A stretch of DNA of 64,000 nucleotides from Eledone cirrhosa (taxonomy: Eukaryota). Where the stretch lies: the NCBI GenBank assembly GCA_964016885.1, contig OZ024741.1:40672001-40736000 (forward strand). Direction: 5' to 3'. The stretch's first letter is position 1; each line of letters begins with the position of its first letter. Shown here one piece after another: positions 15,831-32,566 of this stretch. A program made the position numbers and the translations under genes. Below the pieces are notes generated by a model. That model saw only the letters and a list, made by a program, of their open reading frames with translations. It searched no databases and was not told the origin of the DNA.

Positions 15831-17330
15831 TATCCCCGAAAAATGTATACACACTTTGATATATGGTGTCCCCGGAAAATGTATACACACTTTGATTACC
15901 TGTACAGGCAATATATATATTAGAATGTTGTATACATTTTTAGGGACCCCGGTATATATATATATATATATATATGGTGTCCCCGAAAAATGTATACACA
16001 CTTTGATTACCTGTACAGGCAATATATATATTAGAATGGTGTATACATTTTTAGGGACCCCGGTATATATATATATGGTGTCCCGTGAAAAATGTATACA
16101 CACTTTGATTACCTGTACAGGCAATATATATATTAGAATGCTGTATACATTTTTAGGGACCCCGGTATATATATATATATATATATATGGTCTCCCCGAA
16201 AAATGTATACACACTTTGATTACCTGTACAGGCAATATATATATTAGAATGGTGTATACATTTTTAGGGACCGCGGTATATATATATATATGGTGTCCCC
16301 GGAAAATGTATACGCACTTTGATTATCTGTACAGGCAATATATATATTAGAATGGTGTATCCATTTTTAGGGACCCCGGTATATATATATATATATATAT
16401 ATGGTGTCCCCGAAAAATGTATACACACTTTGATTACCTGTACAGTCAATATATATATTAGAATGGTGTATACATTTTTAGGGACCCCGGTATATATATA
16501 TGGTGTCCCCGAAAAATGTATACACACTTTGATTATCTGTACAGGCAATATATACATTAGAATAGTGTATACATTTTTAGGGACCCCGGTATATATAAAT
16601 ATATATATATATGGTGTCCCCGAAAAATGTATACACACATTGATTACCTGTACAGGCAATATATATATTAGAATGGTGTATACGTTTTTAGGGACTCCGG
16701 TATATATATATATGGTGTCCCCGGAAAATGTATACACACTTTGATTACCTGTACAGGCAATATATATATTAGAATGGTGTATACATTTTTAGGGACCCCG
16801 GTATATATATATATATATATGGTGTCCCTGAAAAATGTATACACACTTTGATTACCTGTACAGGCAATATATATATTAGAATGGTGTATACATTTTTAGG
16901 GACTCCGGTATATATATATATATGGTGTCCCCGGAAAATGTATACACACCTTGATTACCTGTACAGGCAATACATATATTAGAATGCTGTATACATTTTT
17001 AGGGACCCCGGTATATATATATATATATATATATGGTGTCCCCGAAAAATGTATACACACTTTGATTATCTGTACAGGCAGTATATATATCAGAGTGGTG
17101 TATACATTTTTAGGGACACCGGTATATATATATATGGTGTCCCCGACAAATGTGTACACACTTTGATTACCTGTACAATCAATATATATATTAGAATGGT
17201 GTATACATTTTTAGGGACCCCGGAATATATATATATATATATGTGGTGTCCCTGAAAAATGTATACACACTTTGATTACCTGTACAGGCAATATATATAT
17301 TAGAATGGTGTATACATTTTTAGGGACCCC

Positions 17331-17365
<35 letters not shown>

Positions 17366-17659
17366 TGTCCCCGAAAAATGTATACACACTTTGATTACCT
17401 GTACAGGCAATATATATATTAGAATGGTGTATACATTTTGAGGGACCCCGGTATATATATATATGGTGTCCCCGAAAAATGTATACACACTTTGATTATC
17501 TGTACAGGCAATATATATATTAGAATGGTGTATACACTTTTAGGGACCCCTGTATATATATATATATATATATATGGTGTCCCCAAAAAATATAAACACA
17601 CTTTGATTACCTGTATAGGCAATATATATATTAGAATGGTGTATACATTTTTAGGGACC

Positions 17660-17712
<53 letters not shown>

Positions 17713-20272
17713 TGTCCCCGAAAAATGTATACACACTTTGATTATCTGTACAGGCAATATATATATTAGAATGGTGTATACATTTTTAGGGACCCCGGTA
17801 TGTATATATATATATATGGTGTCCCGTGAAAAATGTATACACACTTTGATTACCTGTACAGGCAATATATATATTAGAATGGTGTATACATTTTTAGGGA
17901 CTCCGGTATATATATATATATGGTGTCCCCGGAAAATGTATACACACCTTGATTACCTGTACAGGCAATACATATATTAGAATGCTCTATACATTTTTAG
18001 GGACCCCGGTATATATATATATATATATATATGGTGTCCCCGAAAAATGTATACACACTTTGATTATCTGTACAGGCAGTATATATATCAGAGTGGTGTA
18101 TACATTTTTAGGGACACCGGTATATATATGGTGTCCCCGACAAATGTGTACACACTTTGATTACCTGTACAATCAATATATATATTAGAATGGTGTATAC
18201 ATTTTTAGGGACCCCGGAATATATATATATATATATGTGGTGTCCCTGAAAAATGTATACACACTTTGATTATCTGTACAGGCAATATATATATTAGAAT
18301 GTTGTATACATTTTTAGGGACCCCGGTATATATATATGGTGTCCCCGAAAAATGTGTACACACTTTGATTACCTGTACAGGCAATATATATATTAGAACG
18401 GTGTATAGATTTTTAGGGACCCCGGTATATATATATATATATATAGGGTGTCCCCGAAAAATGTATACACACTTTGATTACCTGTACAGGCAATATATAT
18501 ATTAGAATGCTGTATACATTTTTAGGGACCCCGGTATATATATATATATATATATATATGGTGTCCCCGAAAATGTATACACACTTTGATTATCTGCACA
18601 GGCAATATATATATTAGAATGGTGTATACATTTTTAGGGACCCCGGTATATATATATATGGTGTCCCCGAAAAATGTATACACATTTTGATTACCTGTAC
18701 AGGCAATATATATATTAGAAAGGTGTATACATTTATAGGGACCCCGGTATATATATATATATGGTGTCCCCGAAAAATGTATACACACTTTCATTACCTG
18801 TACAGGCAATATATATATTAGAATGGTGTATACATTTTTAGGGACCCCGGTATATATATATATATATATGGTGTCCCCGGAAAATGTATACACACTTTGA
18901 TTCCCTGTACAGTCAATATATATATTAGAATGGTGTATACATTTTTAGGGACCCCAGTATATATATATATATATATATGGTGTCCCCGAAAAATGTATAC
19001 ACACTTTGATTACCTGTACAGTCAATATATATATTAGAATGGTGTATACATTTTTAGGGACCCCGGTATATATATATATATATATGGTGTCCCCGAAAAA
19101 TGTATACACACTTTGATTACCTGTACAGTCAATATATATATTAGAATGGTGTATACATTTTTAGGGACCTCGGTATATATATATATATATGGTGTCCCCG
19201 AAAAATGTATACACACTTTGATTACCTGTACAGGCAATATATATATTAGCATGGTGTATACATTTTTAGGGACTCCGGTATATATATATATATGGTGTCC
19301 CCTGAAAATGTATACACACTTTGATTACCTGTCCAGGCAATATATATATTAGAATGGTGTATACATTTTTAGGGACCCCGGTATATATATATATATATAT
19401 GGTGTCCCCGAAAAATGTATACACACTTTGATTACCTGTACAGTCAATATATATATTAGAATGGTGTATACATTTTTAGGGAACCCGGTATATATATATA
19501 TATATATATATATGGTGTCCCCGAAAAATGTATACACACTTTGACTATCTGTACAGGCAATATATATATCAGAATGGTGTATACATTTTTAGGGACTCCG
19601 GTATATATATATATATGGCGTCCCCGGAAAATGTATACACACTTTCATTACCTGTACAGGCAATATATATATTAGAATGGTGTATACATTTTTAGGGACC
19701 TCGGTATATATATATATATATATATATGGTGTCCCCGAAAAATGTATACACACTTTGATTACCTGTACAGGCACTATATATATTAGAATGGTGTATACAT
19801 TTTTAGGGACCCCGGTATATATATATATATGGCGTCCCCGGAAAATGTATACACACTTTCATTACCTGTACAGGCAATATATATATTAGAATGGTGTATA
19901 CATTTTTAGGGACACCGGTATATATATATATATGGTGTCCCCGGAAAATGTATACACACTTTGATTATCTGTACAGGCAATATATATATTAGAATGGTGT
20001 ATACATTTTTAGGGACCCCGGTATATATATATACATATATATATGGTGTCCCCGAAAAATGTATACACACTTTGTATATGGTGTCCCCTGAAAAATGTAT
20101 ACACACTTTGATTACCTGTACAGGCAATATATATATTAGAATGGTGTATACATTTTTAGGGACCCCGGTATATATATATATATATGGTGTCCCTGAAAAA
20201 TGTATACACACTTTGATTACCTGTACAGGCAATATATATATTAGAAGGGTGTATACATTTTTAGGGACCCCC

Positions 20273-20306
<34 letters not shown>

Positions 20307-20896
20307 TGTCCCCGAAAAATGTATACACACTTTGATATATGGTGTCCCCGGAAAATGTATACACACTTTGATTACCTGTACAGGCAATATATATATTAGA
20401 ATGGTGTATACATTTTTAGGGACCCCGGTATATATATATACATATATATATGGTGTCCCCGAAAAATGTATACACACTTTGTATATGGTGTCCCCTGAAA
20501 AATGTATACACACTTTGATTACCTGTACAGGCAATATATATATTAGAATGGTGTATACATTTTTAGGGACCGCGGTATATATATATATATGGTGTCCCCG
20601 AAAAATGTATACGCACTTTGATTATCTGTACAGGCAATATATATATTAGAATGGTGTATACATTTTTAGGGACCTCTGTATGTATATATATATATATATA
20701 TATATATGGTGTCCCCGAAAAATGTATACACACTTTGATTATCTGTACAGGCAATATATATATCAGAATGGTGTATACATTTTTAGGGACCCCGGTATAT
20801 ATATATATATGGTGTCCCCGAAAAATGTATACACACTTTGATTACCTGTACAGTCAATATATATATTAGAATGGTGTATACATTTTTAGGGACCCC

Positions 20897-20951
<55 letters not shown>

Positions 20952-21358
20952 TGTCCCCGAAAAATGTATACACACTTTGATTATCTGTACAGGCAATATA
21001 TACATTAGAATAGTGTATACATTTTTAGGGACCCCGGTATATATAAATATATATATATATGGTGTCCCCGAAAAATGTATACACACATTGATTACCTGTA
21101 CAGGCAATATATATATTAGAATGGTGTATACATTTTTAGGGACTCCGGTATATATATATATGGTGTCCCCGGAAAATGTATACACACTTTGATTACCTGT
21201 ACAGGCAATATATATATTAGAATGGTGTATACATTTTTAGGGACCCCGGTATATATATATATATATATGGTGTCCCTGAAAAATGTATACACACTTTGAT
21301 TACCTGTACAGGCAATATATATATTAGAATGGTGTATACATTTTTAGGGACCCCGGTA

Positions 21359-21391
<33 letters not shown>

Positions 21392-21477
21392 GGTGTCCCC
21401 GAGAAATGTGTACACACGTTGATTACCTGTACAGGCAATATATATATTAGAATGGTGTATACATTTTTAGGGACCTC

Positions 21478-21510
<33 letters not shown>

Positions 21511-21806
21511 TGTCCCCGAAAAATGTATACACACTTTGATTACCTGTACAGGCAATATATATATTAGAATGGTGTATACATTTTGAGGGACCCCGGTATA
21601 TATATATATGGTGTCCCCGAAAAATGTATACACACTTTGATTATCTGTACAGGCAATATATATATTAGAATGGTGTATACACTTTTAGGGACCCCTGTAT
21701 ATATATATATATATATATATATGGTGTCCCCAAAAAATATATACACACTTTGATTACCTGTATAGGCAATATATATATTAGAATGGTGTATACATTTTTA
21801 GGGACC

Positions 21807-21843
<37 letters not shown>

Positions 21844-22984
21844 TGTCCCCGAAAAATGTATACACACTTTGATTATCTGTACAGGCAATATATATATTAG
21901 AATGGTGTATACATTTTTAGGGACTCCGGTATATATATATATATGGTGTCCCCGGAAAATGTATACACACTTTGATTACCTGTACAGGCAATATACATAT
22001 TAGAATGCTGTATACATTTTTAGGGACCCCGGTATATATATATATATATATATATGGTGTCCCCGAAAAATGTATACACACTTTGATTATCTGTACAGGC
22101 AATATATATATCAGAATGGTGTATACATTTTTAGGGACACCGGTATATATATATATGGTGTCCCCGACAAATGTGTACACACTTTGATTACCTGTACGAT
22201 CAATATATATATTAGAATGGTGTATACATTTTTAGGGACCCCGGAATATATATATATATATATGTGGTGTCCCTGAAAAGTGTATACACACTTTGATTAT
22301 CTGTACAGGCAATATATATATTAGAATGTTGTATACATTTTTAGGGACCCCGGTATATATATATGGTGTCCCCGAAAAATGTGTACACACTTTGATTACC
22401 TGTACAGGCAATATATATATTAGAACGGTGTATAGATTTTTAGGGACCCCGGTATATATATATATATATATAGGGTGTCCCCGAAAAATGTATACACACT
22501 TTGATTACCTGTACAGGCAATATATATATTAGAATGCTGTATACATTTTTAGGGACCCCGGTATATATATATATATATATATATATGGTGTCCCCGAAAA
22601 TGTATACACACTTTGATTATCTGCACAGGCAATATATATATTAGAATGGTGTATACATTTTTAGGGACCCCGGTATATATATATATAGTGTCCCCGAAAA
22701 ATGTATACACATTTTGATTACCTGTACAGGCAATATATATATTAGAAAGGTGTATACATTTATAGGGACCCCGGTATATATATATATATATATGGTGTCC
22801 CCGGAAAATGTATGCACACTTTGATTACCTGTACAGTCAATATATATATTAGAATGGTGTATACATTTTTAGGGACCCCAGTATATATATATATATATGG
22901 TGTCCCCGAAAAATGTATACACACTTTGATTACCTGTACAGTCAATATATATATTAGAATGGTGTATACATTTTTAGAGACCTC

Positions 22985-23021
<37 letters not shown>

Positions 23022-23426
23022 TGTCCCCGAAAAATGTATACACACTTTGATTACCTGTACAGGCAATATATATATTAGCATGGTGTATACATTTTTAGGG
23101 ACTCCGGTATATATATATATATGGTGTCCCCTGAAAATGTATACACACTTTGATTACCTGTCCAGGCAATATATATATTAGAATGGTGTATACATTTTTA
23201 GGGACCCCGGTATATATATATATATATATATGGTGTCCCCGAAAAATGTATACACACTTTGATTACCTGTACAGTCAATATATATATTAGAATGGTGTAT
23301 ACATTTTTAGGGACCCCGGTATATATATATATATATATATGGTGTCCCCGAAAAATGTATACACACTTTGATTACCTGTACAGTCAATATATATATTAGA
23401 ATGGTGTATACATTTTTAGGGACCCC

Positions 23427-23463
<37 letters not shown>

Positions 23464-23650
23464 TGTCCCCGAAAAATGTATACACACTTTGATTACCTGT
23501 ACAGGCAATATATATATTAGAATGGTGTATACATTTTTAGGGACTCCGGTATATATATATATATGGTGTCCCCTGAAAATGTATACACACTTTGATTACC
23601 TGTACAGTCAATATATATATTAGAATGGTGTATACATTTTTAGGGAACCC

Positions 23651-23687
<37 letters not shown>

Positions 23688-23689
<2 letters not shown>

Positions 23690-25460
23690 TGTCCCCGAAA
23701 AATGTATACACACTTTGATTATCTGTACAGGCAATATATATATCAGAATGGTGTATAAATTTTTAGGGACTCCGGTATATATCTATATATGGCGTCCCCG
23801 GAAAATGTATACACACTTTCATTACCTGTACAGGCAATATATATATTAGAATGGTGTATACATTTTTAGGGACCTCGGTATATATATATATATATATATA
23901 TGGTGTCCCCGAAAAATGTATACACACTTTGATTACCTGTACAGGCACTATATATATTAGAATGGTGTATACATTTTTAGGGACCCCGGTATATATATAT
24001 ATATATATATATATGGTGTCCCCGAAAATGTATACACACTTTGATTATCTGTCCAGGCAATATATATATTAGAATGGTGTATACATTTTTAGGGACCCCG
24101 GTATATATATATATATGGTGTCCCCGAAAAATGTATACACACTTTGATTACCTGTACAGGCAATATATATATTAGAAAGGTGTATACATTTATAGGGACC
24201 CCGGTATATATATATATATGGTGTCCCCGAAAAATGTATACACACTTTCATTACCTGTACAGGCAATATATATATTAGAATGGTGTATACATTTTTAGGG
24301 ACCCCGGTATATATATATATATATATGGTGTCCCCGAAAAATGTATACACACTTTGATTATCTGTACAAACAATATATATATTAGAATGGTGTATACATT
24401 TTTAGGGACTCCGGTATATATATATATGGTGTCCCCGGAAAATGTATACACACTTTGATTATCTGTACTGGCAATATATATATTAGAATGGTGTATACAT
24501 TTTTAGGGACTCCGGTATATATATATATATGGCGTCCCCGGAAAATGTATACACACTTTGATTACCTGTACAGGCAATATATATATTAGAATGGTGTATA
24601 CATTTTTAGGGACACCGGTATATATATATATATGGTGTCCCCGGAAAATGTATACACACTTTGATTATCTGTACAGGCAATATATATATTAGAATGGTGT
24701 ATACATTTTTAGGGAATCCGGTATATATATATATATGGCGTCCCCGGAAAATGTATACACACTTTGATTACCTGTACAGGCAATATATATATTAGAATGG
24801 TGTATACATTTTTAGGGACACCGGTATATATATATATGGTGTCCCCGACAAATCTGTACACACTTTGATTACCTGTACAGGCAATATATATATTAGAATG
24901 GTGTATACATTTTTAGGGACCCCGGTATATATATATATATATATATATGGTGTCCCCGAAAAATGTATACACACTTTGATTATCTGTACAGGCAATATAT
25001 ATATTAGAATGGTGTATACATTTTTAGGGACTCCGGTATATATATATATATGGCGTCCCCGGAAAATGTATACACACTTTGATTACCTGTACAGGCAATA
25101 TATATATATTAGAATGGTGTATACATTTTTAGGGACCGCGGTATATATATATATATGGTGTCCCCGAAAAATGTATACACACTTTGATTACCTGTACAGG
25201 CAATATATATATTAGAATGCTGTATACATTTTTAGGGACCCCGGTATATATATATATATATATATATGGTGTCCCCGAAAAATGTATACACACTTTGATT
25301 ACCTGTACAGTCAATATATATATTAGAATGGTGTATACATTTTTAGGGACCCCGGTATATATATATATATATATGGTGTCCCCGAAAAATGTATACACAC
25401 TTTGATTACCTGTATAGTCAATATATATATTAGAATGGTGTATACATTTTTAGGGACCTC

Positions 25461-25505
<45 letters not shown>

Positions 25506-26857
25506 TGTCCCCGAAAAATGTATACACACTTTGATTACCTGTACAGGCAATATATATATTAGCATGGTGTATACATTTTTAGGGACTCCGGTATATATAT
25601 ATATATGGTGTCCCCTGAAAATGTATACACACTTTGATTACCTGTCCAGGCAATATATATATTAGAATGGTGTATACATTTTTAGGGACCCCGGTATATA
25701 TATATATATATATATGGTGTCCCCGAAAAATGTATACACACTTTGATTACCTGTACTGTCAATATATATATTAGAATGGTGTATACATTTTTAGGGAACC
25801 CGGTATATATATATATATGTATATATATATATAAATGATGTCCCCGAAAAATGTATACACACTTTGATTACCTGTACATGCACTATATATATTAGAATGG
25901 TGTATACATTTTTAGGGACCCCGGTATATATATATATATATATATATGGTGTCCCCGAAAATGTATACACACTTTGATTATCTGTACAGGCAATATATAT
26001 ATTAGAATGGTGTATACATTTTTAGGGACCCCGGTATATATATATATATGGTGTCCCCGAAAAATGTATACACACTTTGATTACCTGTACAGGCAATATA
26101 TATATTAGAAAGGTGTATACATTTATAGGGACCCCGGTATATATATATATATGGTGTCCCCGAAAAATGTATACACACTTTCATTACCTGTACAGGCAAT
26201 ATATATATTAGAATGGTGTATACATTTTCAGGGACCCCGGTATATATATATATATATATATGGTGTCCCCGAAAAATGTATACACACTTTGATTATCTGT
26301 ACAAACAATATATATATTAGAATGGTGTATACATTTTTAGGGACTCCGGTATATATATATATGGTGTCCCCGGAAAATGTATACACACTTTGATTATCTG
26401 TACAGGCAATATATATATTAGAATGGTGTATACATTTTTAGGGACTCCGGTATATATATATATATGGCGTCCCCGGAAAATGTATACACACTTTGATTAC
26501 CTGTACAGGCAATATATATATTAGAATGGTGTATACATTTTTAGGGACACCGGTATATATATATATATGGTGTCCCCGGAAAATGTATACACACTTTGAT
26601 TATCTGTATAGGCAATTTATATATTAGAATGGTGTATACATTTTTAGGGACTCCGGTATATATATATATATGGCGTCCCCGGAAAATGTATACACACTTT
26701 GATTACCTGTACCGGCAATATATATATTAGAATGGTGTATACATTTTAGGGACACCGGTATATATATATATGGTGTCCCCGACAAATCTGTACACACTTT
26801 GATTACCTGTACAGGCAATATATATATTAGAATGGTGTATACATTTTTAGGGACCCC

Positions 26858-26894
<37 letters not shown>

Positions 26895-28923
26895 TGTCCC
26901 CGAAAAATGTATACACACTTTGATTATCTGTACAGGCAATATATATATTAGAATGGTGTATACATTTTTAGGGACTCCGGTATATATATATATATGGCGT
27001 CCCCGGAAAATGTATACACACTTTGATTACCTGTACAGGCAATATATATATTAGAATGGTGTATACATTTTTAGGGACCCCGGTATATATATATATATAT
27101 ATATATATGGTGTCCCCGAAAAATGTATACACACTTTGATTATCTGTACAGGCAGTATATATATCAGAGTGGTGTATACATTTTTAGTGACACCGGTATA
27201 TATATGGTGTCCCCGACAAATGTGTACACACTTTGATTACCTGTACAATCAATATATATATTAGAATGGTGTATACATTTTTAGGGACCCCGGAATATAT
27301 ATATATATATATGTGGTGTCCCTGAATAATGTATACACACTTTGATTATCTGTACAGGCAATATATATATTAGAATGTTGTATACATTTTTAGGGACCCC
27401 GGTATATATATATGGTGTCCCCGAAAAATGTGTACACACTTTGATTACCTGTACAGGCAATATATATATTAGAACGGTGTATAGATTTTTAGGGACCCCG
27501 GTATATATATATATATATATAGGGTGTCCCCGAAAAATGTATACACACTTTGATTACCTGTACAGGCAATATATATATTAGAATGCTGTATACATTTTTA
27601 GGGACCCCGGTATATATATATATATATATATATATGGTGTCCCCGAAAATGTATACACACTTTGATTATCTGCACAGGCAATATATATATTAGAATGGTG
27701 TATACATTTTTAGGGACCCCGGTATATATATATATGGTGTCCCCGAAAAATGTATACACATTTTGATTACCTGTACAGGCAATATATTTATTAGAAAGGT
27801 GTATACATTTTTAGGGACCTCGGTATATATATATATATATGGTGTCCCCGAAAAATGTATAAACACTTTGATTACCTGTACAGGCAATATATATATTAGC
27901 ATGGTGTATACATTTTTAGGGACTCCGGTATATATATATATATGGTGTCCCCTGAAAATGTATACACACTTTGATTACCTGTCCAGGCAATATATATATT
28001 AGAATGGTGTATACATTTTTAGGGACCCCGGTATATATATATATATATATGGTGTCCCCGAAAAATGTATACACACTTTGATTACCTGTACAGTCAATAT
28101 ATATATTAGAATGGTGTATACACTTTTAGGGAACCCGGTATATATATATATATATATATATATGGTGTCCCCGAAAAATGTATACACACTTTGATTATCT
28201 GTACAGGCAATATATATATCAGAATGGTGTATACATTTTTAGGGACTCCGGTATATATATATATATGGCGTCCCCGGAAAATGTATACACACTTTCATTA
28301 CCTGTACAGGCAATATATATATTAGAATGGTGTATACATTTTTAGGGACCTCGGTATATATATATATATATATATATGGTGTCCCCGAAAAATGTATACA
28401 CACTTTGATTACCTGTACAGGCACTATATATATTAGAATGGTGTATACATTTTTAGGGACCCCGGTATATATATATATATGGCGTCCCCGGAAAATGTAT
28501 ACACACTTTCATTACCTGTACAGGCAATATATATATTAGAATGGTGTATACATTTTTAGGGACACCGGTATATATATATATATGGTGTCCCCGGAAAATG
28601 TATACACACTTTGATTATCTGTACAGGCAATATATATATTAGAATGGTGTATACATTTTTAGGGACCCCGGTATATATATATACATATATATATGGTGTC
28701 CCCGAAAAATGTATACACACTTTGTATATGGTGTCCCCTGAAAAATGTATACACACTTTGATTACCTGTACAGGCAATATATATATTAGAATGGTGTATA
28801 CATTTTTAGGGACCCCGGTATATATATATATATATGGTGTCCCTGAAAAATGTATACACACTTTGATTACCTGTACAGGCAATATATATATTAGAAGGGT
28901 GTATACATTTTTAGGGACCCCCG

Positions 28924-28956
<33 letters not shown>

Positions 28957-31132
28957 GGTGTCCCCGAAAAATGTATACACACTTTGATATATGGTGTCCC
29001 CGGAAAATGTATACACACTTTGATTACCTGTACAGGCAATATATATATTAGAATGGTGTATACATTTTTAGGGACCCCGGTATATATATATACATATATA
29101 TATGGTGTCCCCGAAAAATGTATACACACTTTGTATATGGTGTCCCCTGAAAAATGTATACACACTTTGATTACCTGTACAGGCAATATATATATTAGAA
29201 TGGTGTATACATTTTTAGGGACCGCGGTATATATATATATATGGTGTCCCCGAAAAATGTATACGCACTTTGATTATCTGTACAGGCAATATATATATTA
29301 GAATGGTGTATACATTTTTAGGGACCTCTGTATGTATATATATATATATATATATATATGGTGTCCCCGAAAAATGTATACACACTTTGATTATCTGTAC
29401 AGGCAATATATATATCAGAATGGTGTATAAATTTTTAGGGACTCCGGTATATATCTATATATGGCGTCCCCGGAAAATGTATACACACTTTCATTACCTG
29501 TACAGGCAATATATATATTAGAATGGTGTATACATTTTTAGGGACCTCGGTATATATATATATATATATATATGGTGTCCCCGAAAAATGTATACACACT
29601 TTGATTACCTGTACAGGCACTATATATATTAGAATGGTGTATACATTTTTAGGGACCCCGGTATATATATATATATATATATATATGGTGTCCCCGAAAA
29701 TGTATACACACTTTGATTATCTGTCCAGGCAATATATATATTAGAATGGTGTATACATTTTTAGGGACCCCGGTATATATATATATATGGTGTCCCCGAA
29801 AAATGTATACACACTTTGATTACCTGTACAGGCAATATATATATTAGAAAGGTGTATACATTTATAGGGACCCCGGTATATATATATATATGGTGTCCCC
29901 GAAAAATGTATACACACTTTCATTACCTGTACAGGCAATATATATATTAGAATGGTGTATACATTTTTAGGGACCCCGGTATATATATATATATATATGG
30001 TGTCCCCGAAAAATGTATACACACTTTGATTATCTGTACAAACAATATATATATTAGAATGGTGTATACATTTTTAGGGACTCCGGTATATATATATATG
30101 GTGTCCCCGGAAAATGTATACACACTTTGATTATCTGTACTGGCAATATATATATTAGAATGGTGTATACATTTTTAGGGACTCCGGTATATATATATAT
30201 ATGGCGTCCCCGGAAAATGTATACACACTTTGATTACCTGTACAGGCAATATATATATTAGAATGGTGTATACATTTTTAGGGACACCGGTATATATATA
30301 TATATGGTGTCCCCGGAAAATGTATACACACTTTGATTATCTGTACAGGCAATATATATATTAGAATGGTGTATACATTTTTAGGGAATCCGGTATATAT
30401 ATATATATGGCGTCCCCGGAAAATGTATACACACTTTGATTACCTGTACAGGCAATATATATATTAGAATGGTGTATACATTTTTAGGGACACCGGTATA
30501 TATATATATGGTGTCCCCGACAAATCTGTACACACTTTGATTACCTGTACAGGCAATATATATATTAGAATGGTGTATACATTTTTAGGGACCCCGGTAT
30601 ATATATATATATATATATATGGTGTCCCCGAAAAATGTATACACACTTTGATTATCTGTACAGGCAATATATATATTAGAATGGTGTATACATTTTTAGG
30701 GACTCCGGTATATATATATATATGGCGTCCCCGGAAAATGTATACACACTTTGATTACCTGTACAGGCAATATATATATATTAGAATGGTGTATACATTT
30801 TTAGGGACCGCGGTATATATATATATATGGTGTCCCCGAAAAATGTATACACACTTTGATTACCTGTACAGGCAATATATATATTAGAATGCTGTATACA
30901 TTTTTAGGGACCCCGGTATATATATATATATATATATATGGTGTCCCCGAAAAATGTATACACACTTTGATTACCTGTACAGTCAATATATATATTAGAA
31001 TGGTGTATACATTTTTAGGGACCCCGGTATATATATATATATATATGGTGTCCCCGAAAAATGTATACACACTTTGATTACCTGTATAGTCAATATATAT
31101 ATTAGAATGGTGTATACATTTTTAGGGACCTC

Positions 31133-31177
<45 letters not shown>

Positions 31178-32529
31178 TGTCCCCGAAAAATGTATACACA
31201 CTTTGATTACCTGTACAGGCAATATATATATTAGCATGGTGTATACATTTTTAGGGACTCCGGTATATATATATATATGGTGTCCCCTGAAAATGTATAC
31301 ACACTTTGATTACCTGTCCAGGCAATATATATATTAGAATGGTGTATACATTTTTAGGGACCCCGGTATATATATATATATATATATGGTGTCCCCGAAA
31401 AATGTATACACACTTTGATTACCTGTACTGTCAATATATATATTAGAATGGTGTATACATTTTTAGGGAACCCGGTATATATATATATATGTATATATAT
31501 ATATAAATGATGTCCCCGAAAAATGTATACACACTTTGATTACCTGTACATGCACTATATATATTAGAATGGTGTATACATTTTTAGGGACCCCGGTATA
31601 TATATATATATATATATATGGTGTCCCCGAAAATGTATACACACTTTGATTATCTGTACAGGCAATATATATATTAGAATGGTGTATACATTTTTAGGGA
31701 CCCCGGTATATATATATATATGGTGTCCCCGAAAAATGTATACACACTTTGATTACCTGTACAGGCAATATATATATTAGAAAGGTGTATACATTTATAG
31801 GGACCCCGGTATATATATATATATGGTGTCCCCGAAAAATGTATACACACTTTCATTACCTGTACAGGCAATATATATATTAGAATGGTGTATACATTTT
31901 CAGGGACCCCGGTATATATATATATATATATATGGTGTCCCCGAAAAATGTATACACACTTTGATTATCTGTACAAACAATATATATATTAGAATGGTGT
32001 ATACATTTTTAGGGACTCCGGTATATATATATATGGTGTCCCCGGAAAATGTATACACACTTTGATTATCTGTACAGGCAATATATATATTAGAATGGTG
32101 TATACATTTTTAGGGACTCCGGTATATATATATATATGGCGTCCCCGGAAAATGTATACACACTTTGATTACCTGTACAGGCAATATATATATTAGAATG
32201 GTGTATACATTTTTAGGGACACCGGTATATATATATATATGGTGTCCCCGGAAAATGTATACACACTTTGATTATCTGTATAGGCAATTTATATATTAGA
32301 ATGGTGTATACATTTTTAGGGACTCCGGTATATATATATATATGGCGTCCCCGGAAAATGTATACACACTTTGATTACCTGTACCGGCAATATATATATT
32401 AGAATGGTGTATACATTTTAGGGACACCGGTATATATATATATGGTGTCCCCGACAAATCTGTACACACTTTGATTACCTGTACAGGCAATATATATATT
32501 AGAATGGTGTATACATTTTTAGGGACCCC

Positions 32530-32566
<37 letters not shown>

